Assembly (NCBI GenBank): GCA_965287045.1
Contig: OZ336880.1
Location: 43,524,001 to 43,588,000 of the forward strand
From: Carcharhinus amblyrhynchos
Lineage: Eukaryota
Direction: 5' to 3'
Length of the DNA stretch: 64,000 nucleotides
Positions 1 to 12,434 of the stretch are shown here, piece by piece; the stretch's first letter is position 1, and each line of letters starts with the position of its first letter. Both the position numbers and the translations under genes were made by a program. Below the pieces are notes generated by a model. That model was not told where the DNA came from and made no database searches. It saw only the letters and a program-made list of their open reading frames with translations.

Positions 1-1383
1 AAACACTGGGCCCTAGACCTATATGAAACTTTGTATACATAATTACTAATTTCCCCAAAAAGAAATAGAATGATAGAACGGAATTAAGCATTGTGCTGTT
101 AATAAATAATATTTGTAATATCTATACAATAATTTTTTATGGTAGTTTAATTTTTAATGTTATAAAACTTCCTTTGAAACATAAAGCTAGAATTGTTTTT
201 TTCACATCAAGCTCAATATCTGGAGGAACAACCTTTTGAAGAGGTTGGCAAGTTAAAACACTCATTAGCACATCGGAAATCCATTTTTTACTAAATCAAG
301 ACAAAACACAAGAGAAAAGTTACACATGAAATTTTGAATTGGATTTTTTTAATAAGTATTTCCAGAAATGTACAAGTATTTCACCAAATCTCCTGAGGAT
401 CTTGGCAATATTTTACAGCCATATTTTTTTTAAAAAGCACCAAGTTTTGTCGTTCACTTGGGAACTGCATTAGGAAGTTGCCTGTCTGAATTGCTCAGGA
501 GACACATACTTCAATCAGCTATGCAGTCAGTTGAGATAAATGAACCATATATAAAAATATACATAATTAAAATGGAGCTATTGAACAAGACTTAGATAAT
601 TGTTCAGCTCCTATCTATGGCATTCAGATGTTAACATCCTAAAACATGCAATTGAAACCCATTTCCATTGTTCTAAATTTTTGTCTATTCAGATTTTCTA
701 ATATTTAGCATAACTTCAAAATCATTTTTAATAAAATATTGAAACAGAAAGTGAGCATCATTTAAAAACTAGAAAGCAAATACAATGACCCAAATTTTAC
801 TTTCATCAACAAAAGTTCTACTTTCCAAAGTGAGAAAACTCTTTTAAATATACTAGTGATCACCAAGTGATTAATAAAGCATAATTAAGAATTTGAGAAG
901 AGTTTTAGAATGTACTGGACATCATTGAGAACAATTTACAACATGCTGTTGATACTGGTAACGAGAGAACTCCAAAAAAATGCCTGATCAAATACACTTA
1001 AAATATTTCCTTAAATCCAAGATGTAGTAACAAACTAATATCAATAGCAGTAGGATATAATGTGAAAATGTGTAATGTTGGCATCTTATTATGTGTGTTT
1101 AAAATAGTGTGTGATTATTACATATCATACACTAATTGCAGTTCATTAATGTTAAACCGTAATGGCACCAGACCCCAGTTAATGGGCTGTAAAGCTTCTG
1201 CAGTGATTCACAGCAAATAAAAACAAGTTAATGAAGGCAGCCATTGAAACTTCATTACATAACCAAAATACATGATTTCCTACAGCTGGTTTGTGCTGGT
1301 TACTAACACCCAACACAACTTGCTTAAGTAGTAATCTCCATGCATGAATGCACTTCAAAAATTAAAATGTCTTTTAAAATTAA

Positions 1384-1900
1384 ATGGCCTTGGAGGGAGT
1401 GCAGAGGAGGTTTACTAGGCTGATACCGGAGTTGAGGGGGTTGAGCTATGAGGAGAGGCTGAATAAACTAGGCTTGTACTCGTTAGAGTTTAGAAGAATG
1501 AGGGGAGATCTCATTGAGACGTATAAGATGATGAATGGGATGGATAGGATAGAGGTGGAAAGACTCTTCCCGCTCAAAAAAGACAGTAGGACTAGGGGGC
1601 ACAGCCTCAAGATAAAGGGGGGGCAGTTCAGAACGGAGTTGAGGAGGAACTTCTTCACTCAAAGGGTGGTGAATCTCTGGAATTCTCTGCCCGTTGAAGT
1701 GGTGGAGGCTCCCTCGCTAAATATTTTTAAGAAGCGGGTTGATGGGTTTTTGATAAGAGAGGGGATTAAGGGTTATGGGGAGAGGGCGGGAAAGTGGAAC
1801 TGAGCCACGACAGATCAGCCATGATCTTATTGAATGGCGGGGCAGGCTCGAAGGGCCAGATGGCCTACTCCTGCTCCTATTTCTTATTTCTTATGTTCTT
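1384..1900 (+). mobile_element. Young CR1-clade (HER1-like) LINE, 5'-truncated 3' end
   Basis: ORF 1384-1803 is the CR1 ORF2 C-terminus (LEGVQRRFTRLIP...RTRGHSLK...FFTQRVVNLWNSLP). It is followed by the family 3' UTR and a TTCTTAT(G) repeat tail, and is near-identical to the other copies in the window. Confidence 0.95.
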
Positions 1901-2929
1901 AAATAAATTCTGTTAGCATCAAATTATATTAAAAATGCTTTGAATTAGTATGTTTTTGCTCTGTGATTTGTTTAAGCAGTGTAGTTCACACAATTAAAAT
2001 ACCGTGAAATAATGCATCTGTAATACCAATTTGGCTCTGTTGATGAATATTGAACTTTTGTGACGAGCAAACACTCAGTTTTGTCTTTCTTTCCAGCTCT
2101 TTAACCCATGTCATCAAAAACAGTTTGCACCCATTTATGGTTTTTGTTTACATATTGTATTTACACATTCCAAAATGTTTGAATTGGAATGAAAATGTAT
2201 TACATACTGACATCAACATGTATTACATACCAACTTCAACATGTTATAACCTGTGAAATAAGAATCGATACTTGTCATCCAGTTTATTGTTGGACTACTA
2301 GATTTATGGCTGTCTTTCATCTAATATAAAAACAATTCACAATAAAAGTTTTGTTCGGATATTAAAGAGTTTCACTTGTTGACCGACAGTGAGGAATGTA
2401 GAGACCGCACCTCTCTCTGCAGATTGGCTGACTGTAGTGTGTTGATCCAGATGGACTGTTGTTATAGTTCCTATGGATAGATGAAATAGATAATATCTAA
2501 ATGAGTAGTAGGAGGTCAGATTTGTGACAGTAAGCAATGAGGGATCCAGACATAAACAAAAAGGACATTACAAGACTCCTAGATGGACTTAAAGATTATC
2601 AAAGAAAATTTTTTTAATAATCCAGAATAACTGATATAAGCTTTCACTGCACAAGCCATCATTATATTTCTATCTTGGTGTAAATGTCTGAGAGAAAGAG
2701 AAAATACATACCAGAAAACCTATCTGATTTTCCTGCACTGGGCACCTGGCAACCATGCATACAGGGTGCTTTTCAATAAAAAATATTAACCTGATTTTGC
2801 TTTTATAACATTTTCTGAAGCTGGGGAAGTCATATGAGTAAAACACAAGAATGAGTATGCCATTCAGTTCCTCAAATCTACATTCAGCCATGGTTAATCT
2901 GTATCTCAATTTTATAACTCCTTGATATC

Positions 2930-3505
2930 CTTACATAGGGTCATGGAGTCATATGGCACAGAAGGAGGCCATTCAGCCTATCTACTCCATATAGACCAAT
3001 CCAGTCAATCTCTGTATCCTGTCAGTTTGTTTCCCTCAAGTGTCCATCCAATTTCCTTTCGAAATCATTGATCTCTCCTTTGCAACCATCCTAAAAGGCA
3101 GTGAGCCCCAGGTCATTATCACTCACCTCATTGTCCCCTGCATCTTGTCCCCAAAACCTTAAGTCTGTGTTCCCTAGTTCTTCTACCATCAGCTAACGGG
3201 AATGTCTTTGTCTGTCTTATCCAAACCAGTCATAATCCTGTACTCCTCTATCAAATCTTCCCTCAACCTCCTTTGTTCCAAGGAGAACAATCCCAGCTTC
3301 TTGAACTTAACCTTGTAATTAAATTTATCATCACTGGAACCATTCTGGCAAATCTCCTCCACATCCTCACAAGGACCCTCATCCTTCCTAAAGTGAGATG
3401 ATCAGAACCAGCCTAACAAGAGCTTTATATAGGTTCAGCATAATTTCCCTGCTTTTGTGCTCAATATCTCTATGTACAAAGCCTAAGATAGAATATGCTT
3501 TGCTA
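2930..3505 (-). mobile_element. Old degraded CR1 LINE 3' fragment
   Basis: CATAG..TCATGGAGTCAT..GGAGGCCATTCAGCC tail followed by degraded reverse-strand ORF2 C-terminal sequence (TCTATCAAATCTTCCCTCAACC; GTGAGATGATCAGAAC). Confidence 0.7.
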
Positions 3506-4330
3506 TGAGTTCAATTTAAAGCTGCTCCAGTTTTTGACAATGCACACACAAGATGCCGACCCAAATGTGAATAAATTTGGTAACCTGACAGAAAGGTAAA
3601 GTAATTTTTGGGAAACTGATGCCAATCAGAAATAAATCAACCTCAGGCTGGAGAGGTCCAATTGCCCAACCAATCATAGCCTTTTTGAGGCAATGGCAGG
3701 GAGGGGTGGAGTGGGGAAAAATGCAGATTCCACTAAACTTCATGTGGAAAAAGTGCTTCCTGATTTCTCGCCTATATAGTTTCCATCTAATTGGATTATG
3801 CTACGACATTCTGGATTCCCCTTTACAGGAAATGGTTTCTCTGCATCTATCCTATTCCATACACTATCAAAACAAATGCACACCTAGAATGGGGAAGGAG
3901 GAATGGGCCTGGACATTTGGATCAGGAAATGGCAACCTGGCCTAGTGAATGAGCCGTATGAGTGATCCTGTATCATCTCAGTGGATCATAAGATTAAAAT
4001 CAGACTTGTTCACTAACCGTGACCCCATGAATAAGATTAAACACATTTAATACATGCCAAATATTTCAGAAGGAACTATGGAAAATGCTTAATCAAAAGA
4101 AATATTTACACTTTGGACACAGAGGGAGTGCACAGCTTTCATAGTCAATGTTAAGTGCAATCAGCATGTACATCACTTCACTTGCCCTTGCTTTATTTGC
4201 ATACCACTTCAGTGATACCAGTATCTGGGAAATCAGTGCAGTAAGGCAACCCTGCGTATGGGCAATAGTCAACAAAATGTCTTGTGGACCACACTCAGAT
4301 ATCAGATGGGCTGTATGTGGCCCATCACTC

Positions 4331-6550
4331 ATAGAGTCATATCATTGAATTCCCACAGTGCAGAGGGAGGCCATTCCACTTATCAAGTATAAGAACATAA
4401 GAACATAAGAAATAGGAGCAGGAGTAGGCCATCTAGCCCTTCGAGCCTGCCCCGCCATTCAATAAGATCATGGCTGATCTGTCGTGGCTCAGTTCCACTT
4501 TCCCGCCCTCTCCCCATAACCCTTAATCCCCTCTCTTATCAAGAACCCATCAATCCGCTTCTTAAAAATATTTAGCGAGGCAGCCTCCACCACTTCAACG
4601 GGCAGAGAATTCCAGAGATTCACCACCCTTTGAGTGAAGAAGTTCCTCCTCAACTCCGTTCTAAACCGCCTCCCCTTTATCTTGAGGCTGTGCCCCCTAG
4701 TCCTACTGTCTTTTTTGAGCGGGAAGAGTCCCTCCACCTCTATCCTATCCATCCCATTCATCATCTTATACATCTCAATGAGATCTCCCCTCATTCTTCT
4801 AAACTCTAACGAGTACGAGCCTAGTTTATTCAGCCTCTCCTCATAGCTCAATCCCCTCAACTCCAGTATCAGCCTAGTAAACCTCCTCTGCACTCCCTCC
4901 AGGGCCAAAATATCCTTGCGCAGGTGCGGTGCCCAAAACTGCACACAGTACTCCAGCTGCGGCCTCACCAATGCCCTATACAGCTGCAGCAAGACCTCCC
5001 TACTTTTATATTCAATCCCCCTCGCTATGAAGGCCAGCATCCCATTCGCCTTCCTGACCACCTGCTGCACCTGCAAGCTGGGTTTTTGCAACTCATGCAC
5101 AAGGACCCCGAGGTCCCTCTGCACCGTCGCCTGCTGCAGTTTTTCGCCTCGTAAGTAATAGTCCTTCCTACCATTTTTCCTACCAAAGTGGACCACCTCA
5201 CACTTGCCAACATTAAATTCCATTTGCCATTTCCTGGCCCATTCGCCCAGCCTATCTAGATCCTTCTGCAGACTCTCCACACCCTCCGCACAATTTGCCG
5301 TTCCCCCAATCTTGGTGTCATCAGCAAATTTCGACACCCTGCACTCGGTTCCCTCCTCCAGATCATCTATATAAATGGTAAATAGCTGAGGCCCCAGCAC
5401 CGACCCCTGGGGCACCCCACTAGTCACCAACCGCCAATCCGAATAGCACCCATTGACCCCCACTCTCTGCCTCCTATTTGACAACCAATCCTCTATCCAC
5501 GCTAACACCCTACCCCCAACTCCATGTCCCCTGACCTTCTGCAATAATCTCTTGTGAGGTACCTTGTCAAACGCCTTCTGAAAATCCAGAAAGACCACAT
5601 CCACCGGCTCTCCTCTATCTACCGCCCTAGACACATCCTCATAGAACTCCAGTAAATTTGTCAGACACGACTTCCCTTTAATGAAACCGTGTTGCGTCTG
5701 CCCTATCAAGCAATTCCCTTCAAGATGCCTCGCAATTTCCTCCTTAATGACAGATTCTAACATTTTACCTACCACAGACGTTAAACTAACAGGCCTATAA
5801 TTCCCCGCCTTTTGCCTGGCACCCTTCTTAAACAACGGCGTAACATTAGCCGTTTTCCAATCTTCCGGCACTTCCCCGGAATCCAGCGACGTCTGGAAAA
5901 TAACCACCAAGGCATCCACTATAACCTCCACCATTTCTTTCAGAACCCTCGGATGCATTCCATCCGGTCCTGGCGACTTGTCCACAATCAGCCCCTCCAG
6001 TCTGTCGAGCACCACCTCTCTAGTAACAGTAATGTCATTAAGACCCTCCAGTCCTACCACCTTTCCATCGCTAACACCCGGCAAATTATTCATGTCCTCC
6101 TCCGTGAAGACAGAAACAAAAAAGTTATTCAAGACCTTAGCCATTTCCCCATCCCCTACCACTAGGTCCCCTTTCTCATCCTCTAAAGGACCAACGTTCA
6201 CCCTAGCCAGCCTCTTCCTTTTTATATATTTATAAAAACTCTTGCTATCCTTTTTTATATTAAGTGCTAGCCCAGCTTCATAGCTTCTCCTACCCTCCTT
6301 TATCAACTTCTTTGTCAATCTTTGTTGTGCATCGACTCTCTCTGACAGAGTACCTTACCCCTATGCCCATAAAGTCACATATTTACCATGGCCAATCCAC
6401 CTCACCTGTACATCTTTGGACTGTGTGAGGAAACTGGAGTGCCCAGAGGGAACCCAAACTGACTCAGGGAAATGTACAAATTCCAAACAGCCAGTAATCC
6501 AAGACCAGAATCCCTGGTACTGCGAGGTAGCAGTACGCCACCGTGCCTCC
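4331..6550 (-). mobile_element. HE1-type tRNA-derived SINE split by a CR1 insertion (parts ~4331-4389 and 6328-6550)
   Basis: The tail ...CCCACAGTGCAGAGGGAGGCCATTCC..ATCAAGT resumes after the LINE as TGCATCGACTCTC...CATCTTTGGACTGTGTGAGGAAACTGGAG...CCACCGTGC, matching the intact SINE copies at 7560 and 59759. Confidence 0.85.
4390..6327 (-). mobile_element. Young CR1 (HER1-like) LINE, 5'-truncated, uninterrupted RT domain
   Basis: 609-aa ORF 4489-6318 with KSPGPDGMHP, FQKAFDKVPH, GVPQGSVLGP and KFADDTK motifs; (TAAGAACA)n tail at 4390. Confidence 0.97.
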
Positions 6551-6561
6551 CTGATTTGGAT

Positions 6562-6872
6562 GTTCTGGCTTCAGATAATTCACACCTCTTTAACCTGTGA
6601 TTATTCCTCTCTCCATGCACACTGCTTGTAGTGTAAAGACTGGATTATCTGTAAGGACTCGCATTCCAACATTTTTCATGTTCCAATCTGTAATTATCTT
6701 GCAACTGTGTCTTTGCCTATATATGCCATATTTGTGAACCTATCTCCACTCACCAGATGAAGGAGCAGCCTCTGAAAGTTCATAATTCCAGATAAACCTA
6801 TTGGACTTTAACCTGGTGTTGTGAGATTTCTTACTGTGCCTACCACAGTCCAACACTGGCATCTCCACATCA
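6562..6872 (+). mobile_element. Penelope-like element 3' fragment with 10-bp TSD and degenerate hammerhead
   Basis: Similar to the right arm of the 33552-34719 element and ends in ...GGCATCTCCACATCA. Direct repeat TGATTTGGAT at 6552-6561 and 6873-6882. Confidence 0.8.
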
Positions 6873-7207
6873 TGATTTGGATCATCCTGGCAACAATTGA
6901 GTACATATGTTACAACATTTCTGTTCAATGGAAAATAAGTCCATATACAATGTCTCCCATTATTGGAAATGCACCAAAAACATTAAATGACAACGTTTAT
7001 CTACAAGCATAATTCACCAGGTGACGATCCCTCACTTTAACAATAAATATTTATTCTATCTCCAAAAGACTTTTAATCCCACTAAAACTATTGTTGCCTA
7101 CAGAAATATTAACATTGTGAAGAAAAACAAACAGAATGAGTTCACTTGTCATTTTAACTAAAATAAGATGTGGTAACTCATCAAATCTGAATAATGGTAG
7201 ACTTCTC

Positions 7208-7285
7208 AAGGGCAATTAAGAATGGGCAATACATGCTGGCCTAGTCAGCAAAGCCCACATCCCTTGAACAAATGCATTAAAAAAA
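7208..7285 (+). mobile_element. Short LINE 3'-tail fragment
   Basis: GGGCAATTAAGAATGGGCAATACATGCTGGCCTAGTCAGCAAAGCCCACATCCC; related reverse-strand copies near 43500-43560 and 46555-46602. Confidence 0.55.
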
Positions 7286-7559
7286 TCTACCTGGTTTACA
7301 GGGAGATTTAATCCTTTTACTTAACTAATCCTCCTTTGCTTTTATGCTATTTTATTTAAATACACCTCCTCTCCAATTTATGTTCACTGTTCTGTTTATT
7401 CAGTTCAGAACTGGCATAATTGCAGAAATCATTACGTGGAAGGGACACAAAGGTTCATCAATCCCACAAGTTAAAATCATTTGTGGGTTACCCAAATTAA
7501 CTTGGATGTTGATCTCTAAATTGACAAAAATCTATCTTCATGTGATAATAATACGATAC

Positions 7560-7864
7560 TGCACAGTGGTACAGTAGTTAGCACGGCTGCCTCACAGTGC
7601 CACGACCCAGGTTCAATTCCAGCCTCCGGTCACTGTCTATGTGGAGTTTGCACATTCTCCCCGCGCCTGCGTGGGTTTCCTCCGGATGTTCCAGTTTCCT
7701 CCCACAGTCCAAAGATGTGTGGGTTAGGTAGATTGCCCATGATAAATTGCCCCTTAGTGTCAGGGGGACTAGCTAGGGTAAATGCATGGGGTTGTGGAGA
7801 TAGGGTCCGGGTGGGATTATGGTTGGTGCAGACCTGATGGGCTGAATGGCTGTAGGATTCTATG
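7560..7864 (+). mobile_element. HE1-type SINE, full length
   Basis: tRNA-like head with B box GGTTCAATTCC (7610-7620), conserved core GTGGAGTTTGCACATTCTCCCC..GGGTTTCCTCCGG, CR1-type tail ending GGATTCTATG. Confidence 0.93.
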
Positions 7865-8089
7865 GTAAAACCAGAAATTGTTTTGTATGGGTATTTTAAA
7901 ATATATCAGCACTCACTGAGGCAGATCAGTAGTCAGTGATGACAAGCAATGAGGTCTGAGTAGGGATGTTGCTATAAAATCTTGTCAGTGCAAGGCTTAA
8001 TGTAACCCCAGATTCCTGTTGCATTGGACAGGTCACGTTCATAATATAAATGCTTTCTTTCCAATCGTGAGCTATTGTACTTGCAACAT

Positions 8090-10120
8090 CATCTCATATC
8101 TTTGTCTGCAGGTTGCAGTGTCACTTCCACAGCACTTGAACCTGTGATCACAAAAGATGTGGAGCCAACCTGTAACTCTTTGGGCTCTGTAATGAAATTG
8201 ACAGTCAAATCACAAACAAAACAAAATTGCAATTTATTTAATAGTGTTTGGAAAAAAGCCTGCTCTTGTACATTCCATGAATTGTGAAATATTCAGAAAT
8301 TTATAATCTCTTTAACAGAGGCCTGAATCCGAGGTTATTCAGTACACTGTGGGTTAACTTGATCCTAATTATCTGGTTAACCTTTTGAGCATTTATGTTC
8401 TCAGAGCTCATGAAATGTACCAGTAATCACTGCAAAGCTGCATTGCTTTAAATGTTAATGTGGTGCCAGTATTTTGATGCAGATTAGGAAACACGCAGAA
8501 TAATTTCTTAATTTACGGCATTCTCTTCAAAAAAAAGAGAAGTAATTAAGCTTTGGTACAGGAAGGTGACTTCAATCCTTGAAGGGTTATCTGTAGCTCC
8601 TAGCTGTAACCACTCTTTCAACATGGAAAGAGTAGCATGAATTGTAACATAGAAATTATACTTCAGAAGTGAGGCTAGACTATTAGACTTCTCAGTGTCA
8701 TTGTACTTCTTGAAATGTCTAATTTCTTTCCCCTACTAACCCTTTCAAGTATTTGGATGGTGGGTTTCTTATATTTTTCCATAATCAGAAATCAAGTCTT
8801 TAAAATAAACCAATTCTGAGCAACAATTGATACATTGAAATATCAACAGTTTTGAAAACATCCAATGAAAATAGGTTTGGTTCCATTCCTATTAGTAATT
8901 ACATTTATCTTTGCTGAGTGTGTGGTAAGGGTGTTCATTGTATGGCTGTTCCTGAATGTTAAAGGTCGTATGTCAGTTTTATGGGAGTAGAGTAGGCTGT
9001 GTCTAACGAACTGCTGTTACAATATGTTTTGAATATGAATACATTAATTTTTTAAATGTCTTTCAAATATCCTCATGCATCAGCCTTTTTAACACTGATA
9101 ATTTGACAGTGGACCCTGGTTCTATCTGAGTGAGCTCATTGGTGCTTACTGCACACCTGCGCCTATCCATGCATTAAACTTTGATCATAAGGCTCCGCGC
9201 AAATGAACTGTCAGATCATTACTGCATTTGATGCAATATAATCTGTCTAGAAATTAGCATCTCCCATCCACACAGGAATTTCACAGCACATAGGCCAATG
9301 CCGTGTTTGAATATGCATTTGTGGAGATTCATATCCATTGCTGGTCCCTGGAGAATACAAGTTGAGAGCAGATTTGTGAATTAGCATGTCGAGTGGGAAG
9401 GGTCCTTCATTTCAGCTGCTGCAGATGCCGCTCCCTCTCGTTCATTACAGTTGCATTTCATCAGCTTTATGATGTCCACATGTCAATTGAGTGTGAGGAT
9501 TTTGCACACAAAAGAGCCTCGGGGAAAACGACTTCACTGCCTAATCAACTGATTATCATACCTCAAATGGGCTGCAGTATGCAGATGGAAAAACATGGCT
9601 AGCAAGGGTAAAAATCGGAGAACATAGCAGCATCTAAGCATTAAGTCAAGGCACTAACAGAAATGAAATGCAGTGATAGCAGAGAGAGACTCTATTCACT
9701 TCACAGACCTGCTGCCTTATGCTTTATCAAAAGTGCCTAACACACACAGATGCACTATTTAACAATGCTGTCCCCTGCTTTCATCAGAAGTGGGTAAGGT
9801 TGCCGAGCTAAGCTCTGAAGAATAAAGGGGAGCAGGTCCCTAGTGATAGGCAAAAGCTGAACATCGATGCCAGCTTCCATCTGTCATGATAGCCTATCTC
9901 TGAACCTTCAATCTGTCAGAAGCTTGCTGCCTCGCTGAAGGCTCCAGGAGATTTGGTGCACTAAACACATTTGACAACAGCATTATCGCTGCAAGGAGCC
10001 AGGCAAAATGCCATCAATGTGTTAATTGAAGCTAGATGTGTAAACTGTCACTTCTCATCTTTTTTAACACCACCAATGCCAATATCATGCACATAATTTC
10101 TATATGTTACAAACATAGAA
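8090..10120. promoter_or_regulatory. Candidate conserved non-coding/enhancer block
   Basis: About 2 kb with no TE I can recognise, complex sequence with clustered TAAT/TAATTA, TGACAG/CTGTCA, AATTTACGGC and CCATCAAT motifs, and no credible ORF. Conservation is untested. Confidence 0.35.
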
Positions 10121-10897
10121 TTATGTCATATCTAGTGGGGTGAACTCTCCCCCATTTGTTGAATGATATGCATTTCATTGCTGCTGCATTGAAAGTCTTG
10201 TTTTAAAAATGGTTAATTTTATGTTTTTGGATATATAGAGGTCAATCCAGATATGTTATACTAGTTGTAAAATCACACTTGTATCTTTAAAAGGTAGTGA
10301 CTGCATTGATTTTACATTTTGCAGATCTCTCTGGACCTCTATTGTAAAGTTATCTCCATACACTCCCATTATCTTAAGAGATAACATTTTCTTATCAACA
10401 TACCTTACGTTGGTTTTACATTATCTCTTATATACATGGATAGGATAGCTGAGTGTCTGCTTCTGTGCTGTTTAATTCCATTCCATTCTGTGTTTTTATG
10501 GGGTAAATTCCAATCTGGATTCTAACCCCAGTGATAGGCTGATAGGAGGGTGAGGGACAGTGGGTGCTTGGGAATACAAAGATGCTTTGAGTTCTTAAAC
10601 CTGACTTCAACTTTCCCTCCTCCAGTATGAGTAGAGGTAGGTTGGGTGTGACCAGTGGGGCATGTGGTCTAAATGCTCTCAGGAATCTGGTTGGTCAACA
10701 AAATCTTGTAAGAAGGACTGCCCCTCTCCATTTGAATTGAAGTTTGATTCTTAACACAAGGAATTGAGGCTTACTTATTATACCCAAAAGTAAAAGGAAA
10801 AAGGGCTGGATCCTACTAATAAACACTTTTATTGTGCTGCTTAGCCAGGAGGAAAAGGACCATTCCCACAGGCCAAAGAAGTTTATCGACACTGGAA

Positions 10898-11005
10898 ATG
10901 TAGGAATTATGGGAATAAGGCCTGGGTGGGATTTTGATCAGTGCAGACTCAGTGGGCCGAATGGCCTCCTTCTGCACTGTAGGGATGACATATTCTATGC
11001 TCTAT
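10898..11005 (+). mobile_element. HE1-type SINE 3' fragment
   Basis: GGCCTGGGTGGGATT...GTGCAGACTCAGTGGGCCGAATGGCCTCCTTCTGCACTGTAGGG. Confidence 0.8.
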
Positions 11006-11094
11006 GACATGTGATCAAACTCTCTACAATCACTGACCCAATAAGCCAATATAATTGGTGAATTTCCATGTTGTTTGATTCACTCCACAATATT

Positions 11095-11370
11095 CAAAGA
11101 ACAAAGAACAACACAGCACGGGAAACAGACCCTTCGGCCCAATGAGCCCGCGCCGCTATCTTAACAAAGCATTTTTCCTACACCTCCCTTGACCCGTGTG
11201 TATGCGTATGGTACCCCCATTGGAAACCAGATTCAGGGGTGAATAATTTAGGGACAATTTGTTACACCAATCAGCCTAAGAGCACATCTTTGGGGTATGG
11301 GAGGAAACCAGAGCACCCGGAGGAAACCCACGCAACCACAGGGAGAATGCGCAAACTCCCACAGACACTG
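11095..11370 (-). mobile_element. HE1-related SINE with a different (CAAAGAA)n tail
   Basis: CAAAGAACAAAGAACAACACAGCACGGGAAACAGACCCTTCGGCCC tail plus core GGAAACCAGAGCACCCGGAGGAAACCCACGCA..GCAAACTCCCACAGACA. Confidence 0.75.
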
Positions 11371-11454
11371 GCCCAAATCCATGTATCTGCACAGCTAGCA
11401 GTGATAGTCACTGAGCTGTTCATTCATTCTCCCCTACGTTCTCCAAATCTCCCC

Positions 11455-11625
11455 ATTGCCTGTTTGGGGGATGCCAGTCACACTTACCTGTTTAGGTGGG
11501 GGCGGTCAGTCAGACATTACCTATTTAGGAGGTCTGTCAGACATTGTCTGTTTGGGGGGGGTCAGTCAGACATTGCATGTTTGGGTAGGGGTGGTCAGTC
11601 AGATATTGCCTATTTGGGGCAGGGG
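11455..11625 (-). repeat. Inverted copy of part of the adjacent minisatellite (matches 11984-12154)
   Basis: The reverse complement reproduces the same succession of unit variants and spacers with a few substitutions. Confidence 0.9.
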
Positions 11626-11868
11626 AATGCCTCCCAACATGTTCCGATTCTTCCACAACATCTGAATATCACCTGCAATGTTTGCTCAATCCTAGAATAT
11701 CTAACTACCTGGCATTACCAATTCACCCCAATGCTGCAACATCCAGATTCCTTCCTCCACCGAAGCCTAATCCACCCCTCACAATCCTCAATGCCTGCAA
11801 TATTCAGATGCCCATCCCCCATGATACCTAATTCATCTCCTTGCCCCATCAGCTCCAACTCACATCCT

Positions 11869-12431
11869 AAAACAGGCAATGACTGACTGATCCATCCCAA
11901 ACAGGCAATGACTGACTGACACCTCTGCCCCAAACAGGCAATGACTGACTGACCTGTCCCAAATAGGCAATGACTGACTGAACCCCCTGCCCCAAATGGG
12001 CAATATCTGACTGACCACCCCTACCCAAACACGCAATGTCTGACTGACCCCCCCCAAACAGACGATGTCTGACAGACCTCCTAAATAGGCAATGTCTGAC
12101 TGACGGCCCCCACCTAAACAGGTAAGTGTGACTGACATGCCCCAAACAGGCAATGTCTGACTGACCTCCAAACAGGCAATGACTGACTGACCCCACTCCC
12201 TCACCCAAACAGGCAATGTCTGACTGACACCCCCACACAGGCAACGTCTCACTGAAATCACTCCCAAACAGACAATATCTGACTGGACCCTCCAAGCAGG
12301 CAATGTCTGACTGAACCCCATAAACAGGCAATGTCTGACCGACACCACCCCCCCCCCCCCAAAAACAGGTAATGTCTAACTGATCCTCCCAAATTGGCCA
12401 TATTTAATTGATCACCTGCCCAAACAGGCAA
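11869..12431 (+). repeat. Minisatellite: ~18 units of AAACAGGCAATG(A/T)CTGACTGA plus variable C-rich spacer (unit ~26-40 bp)
   Basis: Units read directly from the sequence. Degraded units reappear at ~13947-14027 beyond the SINE/LINE insertions. Confidence 0.92.
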
Positions 12432-12434
12432 AGG

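Noticed and set aside
2078-2145. Strong-looking splice acceptor TTTTGTCTTTCTTTCCAG
   Set aside because: No recognisable peptide, donor or partner exons.
4634-6235. Recurrent short antisense/alternative-frame ORFs in CR1 copies (MKKFLLNSVLN..., MRCPKLH...)
   Set aside because: They recur only because the LINE copies are near-identical; there is no independent evidence of coding.
7560-7630. tRNA-like sequence with A/B boxes
   Set aside because: SINE head continuous with the HE1 core, not a tRNA gene.
11869-12431. CRISPR-like repeat-spacer appearance
   Set aside because: Vertebrate context, degenerate non-palindromic repeats, short low-complexity C-rich spacers and no cas genes. It is a minisatellite, and the ORFs across it are repeat artefacts.
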